Positions 39,869 through 50,967 of a stretch of DNA of 64,000 nt are shown here, piece by piece (the first letter of the stretch is position 1; the number at the start of each line of letters is the position of its first letter). The notes under the pieces are model-generated. The model made no database searches and was not told the origin of the DNA. It saw only the letters and a program-made list of their open reading frames with translations. The stretch covers positions 4,800,001 through 4,864,000 of the forward strand of contig OZ250150.1 of NCBI GenBank assembly GCA_965237675.1, in the 5' to 3' direction. The translations under genes were made by a program, and so were the position numbers. This stretch comes from Candidatus Latescibacterota bacterium (GTDB taxonomy: Bacteria > Latescibacterota > UBA2968 > GCA-2709665).

Positions 39869-40142
39869 GTATTCCCGAAAGGTTTTCGCGACAAGACTGT
39901 CTGGAATATGTGACTTCGACTGATTGTGACGATTCAGCCGGCAACAAACGGCGTGGCTTTCCATTGCAGGATGGGGCTGTCCCAATCCCGTGGGAAGGAT
40001 GTCGCATCGCACGGTAATGCGTTCAAGGTCAACCCTGAACGCAGAATCGTCGGATGTCTGCGTCCATCGTAAAGACAGCCGAGGTATGATAGCTGCGGCT
40101 CGTACCGGCAGCGTGGCCCAATCAAACCCATTGGAGGTCTCC

Positions 40143-42347
40143 GTGGCCTTACAAACGGCTGGCTCCAAAACCCTCCCGGCCGTCGAAGCCTTCGTCGAAC
40201 GTGAGTCAGATTTTCCCGATCTGCAGAACCTGCTCCGGTCAACCTTCGACGTGCGTCCGAACCAGAATCTTCAGCTCATCTCCAAAGCCTACCGTTTTGC
40301 GGAACTGGCCCATCGCAACCAGCACCGCAAATCAGGCGATCCCGCCATTTCTCACGCCGTGGCCGTCTGCCGCATCCTTATCGACCTCGGCCTGGACGCC
40401 ACGACCATCGCCGTCGGCCTGTTACACGACGTTGTCGACGAAACCCGTGTTCCACTTTCTCAGATCGAATCTCATTTCGGGGCTGAAATTGCCGGGCTGG
40501 TGGATGGTGTGTCCAAAATCACGGATTTTTCCTTCCAGAGCCCCGAAGCCGAACAGGCCGAAAATTTCCGCAAGATGTTGCTCTCCATGGCCCGAGATAT
40601 CCGCGTGGTTCTCATCAAACTTGCGGACCGCCTCCACAACATGCGCACCCTGCAGTATATGCGTTTGGAGAGCCAGGAGCGAATGGTTTACGAAAGTCGC
40701 GATATCTACGCGCCTCTTGCCCACCGGCTGGGCATGTCCAGAATCCGGGCGGAACTGGAAGATCTCAGTCTCAAGTGGCTGGAACCGAAAGCGTACCGGT
40801 ATATCCAGGAAAAGATCAACCTGACGCGGGAAGAACGCGAAGCCTGCATTGAAGCCGTGCAGGAGCCGCTTGGCGAGGCCCTCAAAAAAGCGGGGATTCA
40901 GGCTGACATGACAGGCCGCTCGAAAAATTTCAGCAGCATTTACAAGAAAATGAACGTGCGCGGAAAGGCTTTTGAGGAAATTTACGACCTCCTGGCGCTT
41001 CGCGTTCTGGTCGATACCGTTCCTGAATGCTATAACGTTCTGGGCCTGGTCCATGCCCTGTACCCGCCCGTCATCTCCCGCTTCAAAGACTTCATTGCTA
41101 CCCCCAAGAGCAATATGTACCAGTCTCTTCATACCACGATAATCGGCCCGGAAGGCATGATGCTCGAGGTGCAGACCCGCACCCGGGAAATGCACCAGAC
41201 CGCGGAGGTCGGCATTGCGGCCCACTGGCTTTACAAGGAGGGTAAACGCGGCCCATCCGAGATGGATCGTCACATGGCCTGGTTGCGCAGCCTGCTGGAG
41301 TGGCAGCGGGAAACCACGAATCCGCAAGAATTCATGGAAATTCTGAAGGTCGATCTCTTTCCGAACGAAATCTACGTTTTCACCCCCAAAGGGGACCTCA
41401 TCCAGCTTCCGGAAGACGCCACGCCTCTTGACTTTGCATTTGCGGTGCACACCGATGTCGGCCTGCGTTGTGTCGGCAGCCGGGTGGACGACCAAATGGT
41501 ATCTCTGTCCACCCCGCTGCAAACGGGCAGTACCGTTGAAGTGGTTACCTCACCCCACCAGAGGCCCAACAGGACCTGGCTCGATTTTGTCAAGAGCGCC
41601 AAGGCCCGCAGCCGCATCAGGCGCTGGTTACGCGAGGAAGAACATTCCCAAAGCGTTCGGCTTGGCCACGACATGCTGGACCGCGAACTCAAACGCAGAA
41701 GAAAACGTACGGCCGAAGAGAAACTGGAAGAGGCAGCCGATCACTTCAGCCTACCGGACGTTGAACATCTTTACGCCAGCCTGGGCAACGGGACCCTCTC
41801 CCTTGAACGGGTCATGCATCAGATTTTTCCCACAGCCCGCCCAACACCCAGACGCCAGCGTCCGGAACCCAAAAAAAAGGGCCTCAAGAACCCTATTGTC
41901 ATACACAGCCTGAACCACCTGATGATCCAGTTCGCCCGCTGCTGCCAGCCCATATACGGCGATGCCGTTCTCGGTGTGGTTACGCGGGGAAAAGGCATAT
42001 CCGTCCACCGGAGGGACTGTCGCAATATTGCGAACCTCAAGGAAGGCCGCGACCGCCTGGTCGACGTTGACTGGAACGCGGAAGAAGGGTCGACCTTCAC
42101 CGTGCAGATACGCGTCAGCGGCGTCGACCGCCCCAATTTCCTGCGCGATATCAGCCAGGTCATATCGGGTCTGGACATCCCGGTCATCGAAGGAAGGCTG
42201 AGCACAGCCGGCGGCCAGGTCGGCAACCGGTTCACCGTCGAAGTCACAAACGCCGACCAACTCCTCGTCCTGCGAAAGAAAATACTTTCCGTGCCGGGCG
42301 TCTCATCCGTTCAGCGCATAAACGACAGTTCCGACAACGTCTTGTAA
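40143..42347 (+). CDS. relA: Long RelA/SpoT (p)ppGpp synthetase/hydrolase
   Basis: LLHD, KLADRLHNMRT, YQSLHT, AAHW, TGS (VFTPKG), CC and ACT domains. Confidence 0.93.
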   Translation: MALQTAGSKTLPAVEAFVERESDFPDLQNLLRSTFDVRPNQNLQLISKAYRFAELAHRNQHRKSGDPAISHAVAVCRILIDLGLDATTIAVGLLHDVVDETRVPLSQIESHFGAEIAGLVDGVSKITDFSFQSPEAEQAENFRKMLLSMARDIRVVLIKLADRLHNMRTLQYMRLESQERMVYESRDIYAPLAHRLGMSRIRAELEDLSLKWLEPKAYRYIQEKINLTREEREACIEAVQEPLGEALKKAGIQADMTGRSKNFSSIYKKMNVRGKAFEEIYDLLALRVLVDTVPECYNVLGLVHALYPPVISRFKDFIATPKSNMYQSLHTTIIGPEGMMLEVQTRTREMHQTAEVGIAAHWLYKEGKRGPSEMDRHMAWLRSLLEWQRETTNPQEFMEILKVDLFPNEIYVFTPKGDLIQLPEDATPLDFAFAVHTDVGLRCVGSRVDDQMVSLSTPLQTGSTVEVVTSPHQRPNRTWLDFVKSAKARSRIRRWLREEEHSQSVRLGHDMLDRELKRRRKRTAEEKLEEAADHFSLPDVEHLYASLGNGTLSLERVMHQIFPTARPTPRRQRPEPKKKGLKNPIVIHSLNHLMIQFARCCQPIYGDAVLGVVTRGKGISVHRRDCRNIANLKEGRDRLVDVDWNAEEGSTFTVQIRVSGVDRPNFLRDISQVISGLDIPVIEGRLSTAGGQVGNRFTVEVTNADQLLVLRKKILSVPGVSSVQRINDSSDNVL

Positions 42348-42428
42348 ACGCCCGCATACGGATCTCCTTGCTCGTCATCGCGTTCTTCGAGACGTTCACC
42401 GTTCTCACACAGAGCGTGGCCCCTCGCG

Positions 42429-45071
42429 TCAGCACCTGTCGTTCCTGTCTTCGATCACCTTCTTCCATCGATCCAGGGTCACCAGCGCCTCAAGGGGTGT
42501 GGTATTCCCCATGTCCAGATCGCGCAACTCGGCCACAATCGGATCTTCCGGGGGCCGGTCGAACAGATTCATCTGCCCGTTACCGGCGGCGGGCTCACGG
42601 ATAACCGAGGCCTGCGTTTTGTTGCCGGCCGGCGTCAACTCGTTCTCTTCCAGCCTGCGCAGCACTTCGCGGGCCCGTCCGATCAATTCGCGGGGCATTC
42701 CGGCAAGCCTTGCCACCTCGATGCCGTAGCTGTGATCGCACCCCCCGGGCACCAACCGGTGCAGAAACATCACGTTGTCACCTTCCTTCCTGACCGCCAC
42801 GCTGTAATTCTTCACCCGCGGCAGCAATTCCTCCAGTTCCGTCAATTCATGATAGTGCGTGGCGAACAACGTGCGCGGCTGTATGGCCGCGGTATTGTGC
42901 AAATATTCCGTCATGGCCCAGGCAATGCTGAGCCCGTCAAATGTACTGGTGCCGCGGCCGATTTCATCCAGAAGCACGAGGCTTTTGGGGGTGGCGTTGT
43001 TCAGGATGTTGGCCGCTTCGTTCATCTCGACAAGAAATGTGGACTCGCCGCGGGCGAGGTTGTCCGACGCCCCCACCCGTGTGAAGATGCGATCCACCAC
43101 GCCGACGCGCGCGGCCCCGGCCGGAACAAAGCTACCCAGTTGTGCCAGCAAAACAATCAGACCGACCTGTCTCAACATCGTGGATTTTCCGGCCATATTG
43201 GGGCCAGTAATAATCAGCACCTGTTCGTGTTCACCATCCACGAAAAAATCGTTGGGTACAAACTTGCCGGTCGGCAGCAACCCTTCAACAACCGGATGGC
43301 GCCCACCCCGAATATCGATTCCCGTGGAATCGTCCACCTCGGGACGGACGTAATCGTTCGCCGCCGCCACATCTGCCAGACATGCCAGCACGTCCACGAC
43401 CGCCACGGCACGCGCTGTGCATTGCACCTCGTCCACCCAGGCCTCGACTTTGACCCTGAGTTGCTGAAATAACTCCTTTTCCAGTTCCTTCGCACGTTCG
43501 TCGGCGCCAAGGATCTTTGCTTCCCACTCTTTCAGCGCCGGTGTAATAAATCGCTCCGCATTCACCAGGGTCTGCTTGCGCAGGTAATCATCAGGGGCCC
43601 TATCCATATTCGCCCTTGTGATTTCTATATAATATCCGAACGCCTTGTTGTACCCGACCTTAAGCGACGGAATGCCTGTACGCTCCCTCTCTTTGGCCTG
43701 TAATTCAGCCACCCACCGGCGGCCTCCGGACGCCGCGTCGCGGAGTTCGTCCAATTCCCTGTTATGACCCTCCCTGATGATGCCTCCTTCGCTCAACTGA
43801 AACGGCGGCTCATCCGCCACCGTACGGCCGATCAGGTCAATCAACTCGCTCAATTCCGGCATCCCCTGACACCGCGTTTTTGCCAACAGATCCGCCGTGG
43901 CCGCCTTCAGCGAATCCCGCAGACCGGGAATGGCCTCCAGCGACGCCTTCAGCGCCACGAGATCCCGCGGGCTGCAGCGTCCGCAGCAGATGCGTGACAT
44001 CAACCGTTCGAGATCCCCCACATGCTTCAGGACCGAACGAACCGGCTCCCGTCGCGCCGGATGCCGTAACAGATCTTCCACGGCGTCCTGCCTCGCTTCA
44101 ATTCTTGAAATATCCAGAAGCGGCAGGGACAGCCAGGACCTCAGCATCCGTGCCCCCATCGCGGTGCACGTGCGGTCCAATAGGGACAGCAGCGTTCCTT
44201 CCCGCCTGCCTTCCTGTATTGACGTAATCAGTTCCAGGTTCCGCTGGGTAACCAGGTCCAGTCCCATGTATGCGGCCGTATGCTCCGGTGATAAGCGCGT
44301 GATGTGAGAAACCGCGCCCTTTTGATTCTGCTTCAGATACCCCAACACCGCCCCGGCCGCGCTGATGCCCACCGTCATCTGATCGCAGCCGAATCCCTTT
44401 AACGAATTCACCCGAAAATGCTCCAACAACAAATCGTGCGCATACGCGAATCCAAAGTGCCAGTCTTCCGCTCGCACGAGGAGCGTACCCGGCATGCGGT
44501 GCGCCATCGCAGCCTCATTAGCTTCCGCCCAGGACTCGGGCGTAAGCATCTCCGCCGGCCCGATGCGCTCCAGCACGTCCCACAGATCCTCCACATCCTG
44601 TTCCAGAACGCGAAAATCACCGGTCGACAAATCCGTTACCGCCGCGCCCAGGCGGTTCGATTCAACCCATAGCCCCAGCAGATAGTTGTTTCGATTCTGA
44701 TCCAGCAAGTTGTCCGAGAGAGCGGTGCCCGGAGACACCACCTGCACGACCTCGCGCCGCACGACCGCCTTGCCTTTCTGCGGCGGCTCCATCTGCTCGC
44801 AAATGGCCACCTTGCGACCAGCCTTGATTAATCGGGCAAGATAGGTATCCAGTGCGTGATGCGGCACACCGGCCATTGGCACTCTTTCGCCTCCCCGGCC
44901 ATTGTTGCGGGAAGTCAACGTCAGCCCGAGAAGGCCCGAAACCTCTTTGGCGTCGTCATAAAAAGTCTCGTAGAAGTCCCCCATTCTGAATAGCAGTACG
45001 GCATCCCTGTGTTCATCCTTAAAACGCAGGTACTGTTCCATCGCCGGGGTGACATCTCTTGGCTTTGCCAT
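42429..45071 (-). CDS. mutS: DNA mismatch repair protein MutS
   Basis: FRMGDFYE, TGPNMAGKST, DEIGRGTST and SYGIEVA motifs. Confidence 0.97.
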   Translation of the reverse strand: MAKPRDVTPAMEQYLRFKDEHRDAVLLFRMGDFYETFYDDAKEVSGLLGLTLTSRNNGRGGERVPMAGVPHHALDTYLARLIKAGRKVAICEQMEPPQKGKAVVRREVVQVVSPGTALSDNLLDQNRNNYLLGLWVESNRLGAAVTDLSTGDFRVLEQDVEDLWDVLERIGPAEMLTPESWAEANEAAMAHRMPGTLLVRAEDWHFGFAYAHDLLLEHFRVNSLKGFGCDQMTVGISAAGAVLGYLKQNQKGAVSHITRLSPEHTAAYMGLDLVTQRNLELITSIQEGRREGTLLSLLDRTCTAMGARMLRSWLSLPLLDISRIEARQDAVEDLLRHPARREPVRSVLKHVGDLERLMSRICCGRCSPRDLVALKASLEAIPGLRDSLKAATADLLAKTRCQGMPELSELIDLIGRTVADEPPFQLSEGGIIREGHNRELDELRDAASGGRRWVAELQAKERERTGIPSLKVGYNKAFGYYIEITRANMDRAPDDYLRKQTLVNAERFITPALKEWEAKILGADERAKELEKELFQQLRVKVEAWVDEVQCTARAVAVVDVLACLADVAAANDYVRPEVDDSTGIDIRGGRHPVVEGLLPTGKFVPNDFFVDGEHEQVLIITGPNMAGKSTMLRQVGLIVLLAQLGSFVPAGAARVGVVDRIFTRVGASDNLARGESTFLVEMNEAANILNNATPKSLVLLDEIGRGTSTFDGLSIAWAMTEYLHNTAAIQPRTLFATHYHELTELEELLPRVKNYSVAVRKEGDNVMFLHRLVPGGCDHSYGIEVARLAGMPRELIGRAREVLRRLEENELTPAGNKTQASVIREPAAGNGQMNLFDRPPEDPIVAELRDLDMGNTTPLEALVTLDRWKKVIEDRNDRC

Positions 45072-45268
45072 CTGCGGTTTCCTAACGTCGTTCAACAATC
45101 AAGCAGTTCACCACCCCGCCCTCTCGCTCTACGCGGGGTAATTCCCGTGCCGCGGCGGCCCGGTGGCGGCGTTATGGGGTTGGATGTGAACGAATATAGT
45201 CAGATATTTCGAAACTCACCAGGTACAACGGCCTGGACGCCAAACGCGCCCGTGGGCAGGGGGACTGC

Positions 45269-46597
45269 CTAAAGTCGGGACTGTGGGCTGTCATCCACAA
45301 GTTTACCGATGACCCGGTCGGGACGCACATCCAACAGCCGTACAGGTGCGATCGAATTCTTCGTGTTTTCGGGACCCGGGGCGAACACACGGATGTAATT
45401 GTCGGTAACACCCTGCAAATATCCGGTGCCGGGCTCGCGTCTGTCTTCAAAAAGCACGTTCATCGTTCGCCCCGAAAAACGACGACGGAAGGCATCTGTT
45501 TTACGTGCGCCCAGACTCCTGAGCACTGCACCTCGCCGCTTTTTCACGGCGGCATCCACCTCGCCGTCCATTCGCGCGGCCGGTGTGCCGCTGCGCGGCG
45601 AAAAGGGAAACACGTGCAGGAACGTCAGTGGGCCTCTGTCGATGAGATCATACGTATTGGCAAATGCACCATCGGTTTCTCCCGGAAATCCGACCATCAC
45701 ATCCGCGCCAAGGCCGATTTCGGGAATCCTGTCCGCGAGCGTCTCAATGAGCGAAAGATACCGCGCCCGGGTATACGGCCTGCGCATTGATCTCAGAATC
45801 CCATCGTCTCCGCTCTGGAGCGGAATATGCAGATGCCTGCAGAACTTCGACGAGGTGGAAAAGAAATCGACCATTGCATCAATTATGAACGACGCTTCAA
45901 TCGAACTCACCCGAAATCGCTTCAGACCCTCAATCCGGTCCATAGCCTCAAGCAGGTCGAGTAGCGTGGGGCCGTCCAGGTCCGCGCCGTAGTCTCCAAT
46001 ATGCACGCCTGCCAGGACGACCTCCTGGTAACCGACATCGACGAGCCGTTGCACCTGGTCAAGACAGCTTTGCAGACCGCGGCTCCGGCTCCGGCCCCTT
46101 GCAAATGGAATGATGCAGAATGAGCAAAATTCGTTACATCCCTCCTGGATCTTCACGAACGCCCGCGCCCTGCCACCGAAGTTGAAAATATCCATTTCCT
46201 GAAATTCTGCGGTTCGACGTCGCGTCACGTAACTTCGTCCGATGGAGCAGGTATCGTTGATCAGATCCAGAAGGCGGGTCTTTTCCGCCGTACCGACAAC
46301 AAGATCGACCTCCGGCATCTCGATCAACACATCGGGATCGGTCTGTGCATAACACCCCATGGCCACCACCGTGCCTTCGGGCGATATCCGATGCGCCCGC
46401 CTCAGCATCTGCCTGGACTGTGCGGCGCCCTGCCCCGTCACCGTGCAAGTATTCACCACCGTCACATCCGCTGGCCGGCCGAACGCCACCTCCCTGTACC
46501 CCTCGTGTATGAACTGCTCGCGGTACCATTCCGAATCGTACGTATTCAACTTGCAGCCCAGTGTATAAAACGATACGGTTTTGTCGTTCCCGTTCAT
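45269..46597 (-). CDS. mtaB: tRNA t6A methylthiotransferase
   Basis: TLGCKLN, NTCTVT and KIQEGCNEFCSFCIIP motifs. Confidence 0.92.
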   Translation of the reverse strand: MNGNDKTVSFYTLGCKLNTYDSEWYREQFIHEGYREVAFGRPADVTVVNTCTVTGQGAAQSRQMLRRAHRISPEGTVVAMGCYAQTDPDVLIEMPEVDLVVGTAEKTRLLDLINDTCSIGRSYVTRRRTAEFQEMDIFNFGGRARAFVKIQEGCNEFCSFCIIPFARGRSRSRGLQSCLDQVQRLVDVGYQEVVLAGVHIGDYGADLDGPTLLDLLEAMDRIEGLKRFRVSSIEASFIIDAMVDFFSTSSKFCRHLHIPLQSGDDGILRSMRRPYTRARYLSLIETLADRIPEIGLGADVMVGFPGETDGAFANTYDLIDRGPLTFLHVFPFSPRSGTPAARMDGEVDAAVKKRRGAVLRSLGARKTDAFRRRFSGRTMNVLFEDRREPGTGYLQGVTDNYIRVFAPGPENTKNSIAPVRLLDVRPDRVIGKLVDDSPQSRL

Positions 46598-46715
46598 CCC
46601 GTCATTTCCTCGTATTCACCGCCGCCCGCTTCAAGTCGATCCGACACGGCCTGCCGCGTAAAAATAACCGGCCGTTTTCTTGCCCGGATCTCGCGTTACC
46701 GGTTGGGACCATACG

Positions 46716-46749
46716 ACAAAGAGTTGAGGACAACTCCCCAACTCTTTGT
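46716..46749 (-). terminator. Hairpin downstream of rpsA
   Basis: ACAAAGAGTTG...CAACTCTTTGT inverted repeat. Confidence 0.55.
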
Positions 46750-46776
46750 ATCGAACGGACCGGTTGTCTCAAAATT

Positions 46777-48708
46777 CTAAACGTCCGATTTCAACGCGGC
46801 ATCCGGTGTATCTGTCGTACTGGAAGTCTCCACGGAAGGCGGGCTGTCCTGGCTGGCAACATCCTCCGTAGACTCGGCCTCACCCTCTTCGGCGGGTTCA
46901 GCCGGCTTTTCGGAGAGGGCTTTGGAATCCGCAACGGAATCCGCATCCTCGCCTGATTCCTCTGAATCCCCGGCAACGCCCACCACCTCGCCCACCGTGA
47001 CGGGTTTTGGCTTGTGGCTCTCGATATAGGCATCGATCTCGGCCTGTTCGACGTCGCGCAGGTATTCCTTCACGCTCAGCACGATCTTGCGCTGCTCTTC
47101 ATCGAATTCAACGACCTTGAGCGGCAACTCGTCCTGTTCCGAGAAGTGGGTCTGAGGGGTCTGAAGATCCGACAGCCCCAACTGAGATACCGGTATGAAG
47201 CCCTCGACGTCGCCTTCCAGGTCGACCACGACCCCGCGTTCCAGCAACCGGGTAATTCTGCCCTCTGTCGTATTGCCTACCGCGTATTGAACGGCCAGTT
47301 CCGACCAGGGGTTTTCGATGGTCTGCTTGTGGCCTAGCGAGATGCGCCGACGTTTCTTGTCGATATTGAGCACAACCACATCGACTTGTTCTCCCTTTTT
47401 GACGACGTCGCTGGGATGGCGCACACGCCGGGTCCACGACATATCGGATATATGGACCAGGCCGTCGATGCCCTCCTCGATTTCCACAAACGCGCCGAAA
47501 TTGACCAGGTTGCGCACAAGGCCCATCAGCCGGGTACCCACGGGATATTTCTCGTCCAGTGAAAGCCAGGGATCGTCGGTTGTTTGCTTCAGGCCAAGCG
47601 AAATCTTCTGACCCTCTTTGTCCACGTTCAGAATCAGAACCTTCAACTGGTCAGCGATAGAAACAAGCTTGGATGGATGACGGATGTGCTGAGTCCAGGA
47701 CATCTCAGAAATGTGGACCAGGCCTTCCACGCCCTGCTCCAATTCGACAAACGCTCCGTAGTCCGTGATGCTCACGACCTTGCCGTCCACCCGGACTCCG
47801 ACGGGGTATTTGTCCTCGATATCTTCCCAGGGATGCGGCGTAAGTTGCTTCATCCCAAGAGAGATCCGCTCGCGCTCCTCGTCGTAGTTGAGCACCTTCA
47901 CCCGGATATTGTCGCCAATGGAGAGCACTTCCGAAGGATGTCCGATCCGGCCCCAGGAAATATCCGTAATGTGCAGCAGACCGTCCAGGCCACCCAGGTC
48001 GATAAACGCACCAAAATCGGTGATGTTTTTCACCGCGCCTTCGCGCACCTGGCCGACTTCCAGCGTTTGGAGAATCTGTTTGCGCAAGCGCTCCCGCTCG
48101 GCTTCCAGCACCACCCGCCTGGAAACGACAATATTGCGCCGGTTCTTGTTGAGTTTGATGATGCGAAAGGGAAACACCTCGCCAATGAACTGATCGAAAT
48201 TCTTCACCTGCTTGAGGTCGATCTGAGATCCGGGCAAGAAAGCGTCTACTCCGAACAGATCTACCACAATACCACCCTTGATACGGCGCACCAGCCGGCC
48301 CTCGACGATCTGATCGCTGTCGTAGGCGTCTTTGATGCGATCCCACACCCGCATAAAGTCGGCCTTCTGTTTGGACAGCACGATTTGACCTTCCTGGTCT
48401 TCCACATCTTCGAGATAAACCTCGATTTCCTGCCCCACTTCGACTTCCGAAGCGTCGGCAAACTCGGAAAGCGGTATGGCGCCTTCGGATTTGAATCCGA
48501 TATCGACGACGACCACGTTCTCCGCGATGGCCAGTACGGTTCCGGACACAATTTCACCCTGGGTGATATTGCTCATCGTTTCTTCATACAGACTCATCAT
48601 CGAGGCGAATTCCTCTTCCGAGTATTCACGCTCGTCCAACGCTTGCAATGCTTCCTCGCTCGAAAGTTGGGAGACGGTCTGTGGTGCGGTGTTGTCTTGT
48701 TCCGACAT
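46777..48708 (-). CDS. rpsA: 30S ribosomal protein S1
   Basis: Six S1 repeats (DIGFKSEG, AFLPGSQ, DGLLHITD and others) with an acidic tail. Confidence 0.97.
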   Translation of the reverse strand: MSEQDNTAPQTVSQLSSEEALQALDEREYSEEEFASMMSLYEETMSNITQGEIVSGTVLAIAENVVVVDIGFKSEGAIPLSEFADASEVEVGQEIEVYLEDVEDQEGQIVLSKQKADFMRVWDRIKDAYDSDQIVEGRLVRRIKGGIVVDLFGVDAFLPGSQIDLKQVKNFDQFIGEVFPFRIIKLNKNRRNIVVSRRVVLEAERERLRKQILQTLEVGQVREGAVKNITDFGAFIDLGGLDGLLHITDISWGRIGHPSEVLSIGDNIRVKVLNYDEERERISLGMKQLTPHPWEDIEDKYPVGVRVDGKVVSITDYGAFVELEQGVEGLVHISEMSWTQHIRHPSKLVSIADQLKVLILNVDKEGQKISLGLKQTTDDPWLSLDEKYPVGTRLMGLVRNLVNFGAFVEIEEGIDGLVHISDMSWTRRVRHPSDVVKKGEQVDVVVLNIDKKRRRISLGHKQTIENPWSELAVQYAVGNTTEGRITRLLERGVVVDLEGDVEGFIPVSQLGLSDLQTPQTHFSEQDELPLKVVEFDEEQRKIVLSVKEYLRDVEQAEIDAYIESHKPKPVTVGEVVGVAGDSEESGEDADSVADSKALSEKPAEPAEEGEAESTEDVASQDSPPSVETSSTTDTPDAALKSDV

Positions 48709-48838
48709 GAAACAGCGACCTCCTTGGCCGTTCCGCAATAGGCAGTTGCCTCCGGACTTGCGGTTCGGCGCAAAATTACCGGGAAAAGACGGAGAATGGA
48801 TCTCCGCAGGGACCTTACCGACGCTCAAGCATGGAACC

Positions 48839-49516
48839 CTACGCGGGCGGGCCGGTATTGCGCCTGCGCGGCCTCAAGTTACCTATTCTGTGCATCACCT
48901 CGCTACTGATAGTATGGTACGCCGCCCGCCGCCTGGCGGGCAATCCGGCTGGAGATACTCGAATCGGTTTACCGAACCGCACAGTCACGCGGCTCAGACC
49001 GATCAGACTCGTCCAGATATTGACCGTTCCGGAAATATAGACCGGCACCACGGGAACCCGCGCCCGGTATGCCAACATACCGACGCCGTCCTTGGGCGGC
49101 CTCAGTTCTGACGCCTTGTTTCGCGTGCCCTCCGGCGAAAGAAACATCGCACCGCCGGACGTGAGACGCTGTTCGATAGCCCGCAGCGCGCCCCGATCCC
49201 CGCGGGACCGGTCGATTGGCAACGCGTTGAGTTTCCGAATCAGCCAGCCAAGAAACGGAACGGGAAATGCCTCCTGCTTGGTAACATACGAAAGTTCCCG
49301 GCCTGCCGCAACCCCGATAAATACGGCATCTGTATAGGACACGTGGTTGCTGGCCAGAATGACGCCGCCCCGACGCGGTACAAAATGACGGCCGGCGACG
49401 CGAAGCCGAAACAGGCACGTGCAGGCTCCGGAGCCAAGCGTCCAGATGAGCCGGTAAAAGAGATTGCCGGGGCGTCCCGTGTAAATGTCGGTCCGCATCG
49501 TTCGCCTGTGGATCAT
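48839..49516 (-). CDS. plsC: 1-acyl-sn-glycerol-3-phosphate acyltransferase
   Basis: NHVSYTD and PEGTR motifs. Confidence 0.88.
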   Translation of the reverse strand: MIHRRTMRTDIYTGRPGNLFYRLIWTLGSGACTCLFRLRVAGRHFVPRRGGVILASNHVSYTDAVFIGVAAGRELSYVTKQEAFPVPFLGWLIRKLNALPIDRSRGDRGALRAIEQRLTSGGAMFLSPEGTRNKASELRPPKDGVGMLAYRARVPVVPVYISGTVNIWTSLIGLSRVTVRFGKPIRVSPAGLPARRRAAYHTISSEVMHRIGNLRPRRRNTGPPA

Positions 49517-50196
49517 TCTAAATGCCGCGCGCGCGCAAGTTCCACCACGCGGGCGACCTGTGCATCGATACTCAGGCCGGTGGAATCCACCTTTATTGCA
49601 TCCAAAGCCGGCCACGATCCCCATCGCCTTTGCGTGGCTTCGTCGCGCGCGTCTCGCTTACGAATCTGAGCCACCAACACATCCAGATGCGTCCGGTCGT
49701 CGCGATCGAGCAACGCCCGTTGTTGCCGCCGCGCCCGCTCTGCGACATCGGCCACAAGGAACACTTTCAGATCCGCGCCTGGAAAAACAGCCGTTCCCGT
49801 GTCCCGGCCTTCAAGCACGATACCTCCGTCGGCGCCGATCTCCTGCTGGCGCGCCACGAGAATCTTCCGAACCGCGGGATGCACGGCCACCCGAGAGGCG
49901 GCGTCGGCAACCTCCGACGTGCGGATCCTGCCGGTCACGTCCCCACCGTCCAGCAGGACCCGTTGACGGCCATCCTCCAGCCGGAAATCAAATTCCAATG
50001 CTGCGGCCGTCTGGGCCGCAGCGGCCGCATCGTCCGGGCAGACACCCTTGCTTATCAGGGCCCAACCCAGCGCGCGGTACATGGCGCCGGTATCCAGATA
50101 AAGATATCCCAGCCTCCGGGCGACACATCGAGCCGTTGTGCTTTTTCCCGACGCCGCGGGACCGTCGATGGCAATCACGATGCCCCTTTTGCCCAT
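49513..50196 (-). CDS. cmk: Cytidylate kinase
   Basis: IDGPAASGKST, DTGAMYR and EGRDTGT motifs. Confidence 0.95.
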   Translation of the reverse strand: MGKRGIVIAIDGPAASGKSTTARCVARRLGYLYLDTGAMYRALGWALISKGVCPDDAAAAAQTAAALEFDFRLEDGRQRVLLDGGDVTGRIRTSEVADAASRVAVHPAVRKILVARQQEIGADGGIVLEGRDTGTAVFPGADLKVFLVADVAERARRQQRALLDRDDRTHLDVLVAQIRKRDARDEATQRRWGSWPALDAIKVDSTGLSIDAQVARVVELARARHLE

Positions 50197-50217
50197 AACA
50201 AGCCTCGACCCCGATTG

Positions 50218-50967
50218 CTACGGAATCGGGGTCCCTCCATCCGCGTCGAGGTGGCGCACCCCTTGCGCGGCGCCCTCCCCACCGATGCCAGAGACCGATC
50301 CGGACCCGTCTCCGGAGGCGCCTTCCGGGTTCCCCGCCTCCGCCGTTGTGCGGGCCATCGCCTCCAGGAGGTCGCCTGGAGACGATACAACGGCTTCCCT
50401 GTCCTCCAGCAACTCGTCCAATTCCCTAACCTTGGGCAGGTCCGACAACGTCTTCAGTCCAAAGTGCTTCAAGAAATCCCGTGTCGTCCCGTAAAGCAGC
50501 GGCCTCCCCGGGGCGTCCGCCCGACCGGCGATTCGGATCAATCCCTTCTCGAGCAGGTGCCGAACCACTCCGTCAACCGAGACACCGCGAATATGTTCCA
50601 TCTCGGCCTTCATGACCGGTTGCTTGAATACGATAATCGCAAGCGTCTCCAGGGCTGCCGACGACAGCCGGACTGGCGCCTTTTCTTTCAGCAGCCGCCG
50701 GATCCATGCGCCATATTCAGAATGTACCATGAACTGAAAACCGCCGGCAATTTCCGAGATTTTGAAACTGCGTCCGGACCGGCCGTACTGCTCGTTCAGA
50801 TCCTCCACATACACGCGCACGTCTCCGGGTCGCACCCCACCCAGAATCGAAGCGATCTGGCTGGCGCCAAGGGGTCTGTCCGAAGCCATCAACAATGCCT
50901 CCAGAATACCCAGATTGCGCGCTTCTCCATCCGACGCTACCGGGTCTATGCCATACGATTCGCCCAT
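50218..50967 (-). CDS. scpB: SMC-Scp complex subunit ScpB
   Basis: LSSAALETLAII, PGRPLLYGTT and FLKHFGL motifs; alternative start at 50985. Confidence 0.93.
   Translation of the reverse strand: MGESYGIDPVASDGEARNLGILEALLMASDRPLGASQIASILGGVRPGDVRVYVEDLNEQYGRSGRSFKISEIAGGFQFMVHSEYGAWIRRLLKEKAPVRLSSAALETLAIIVFKQPVMKAEMEHIRGVSVDGVVRHLLEKGLIRIAGRADAPGRPLLYGTTRDFLKHFGLKTLSDLPKVRELDELLEDREAVVSSPGDLLEAMARTTAEAGNPEGASGDGSGSVSGIGGEGAAQGVRHLDADGGTPIP

Noticed and set aside
39534-40007. Long upstream extension of the DapA-family ORF
   Set aside because: No recognisable homology and it overlaps the divergent promoter region. It may hold degraded remnants, but I cannot assign them.
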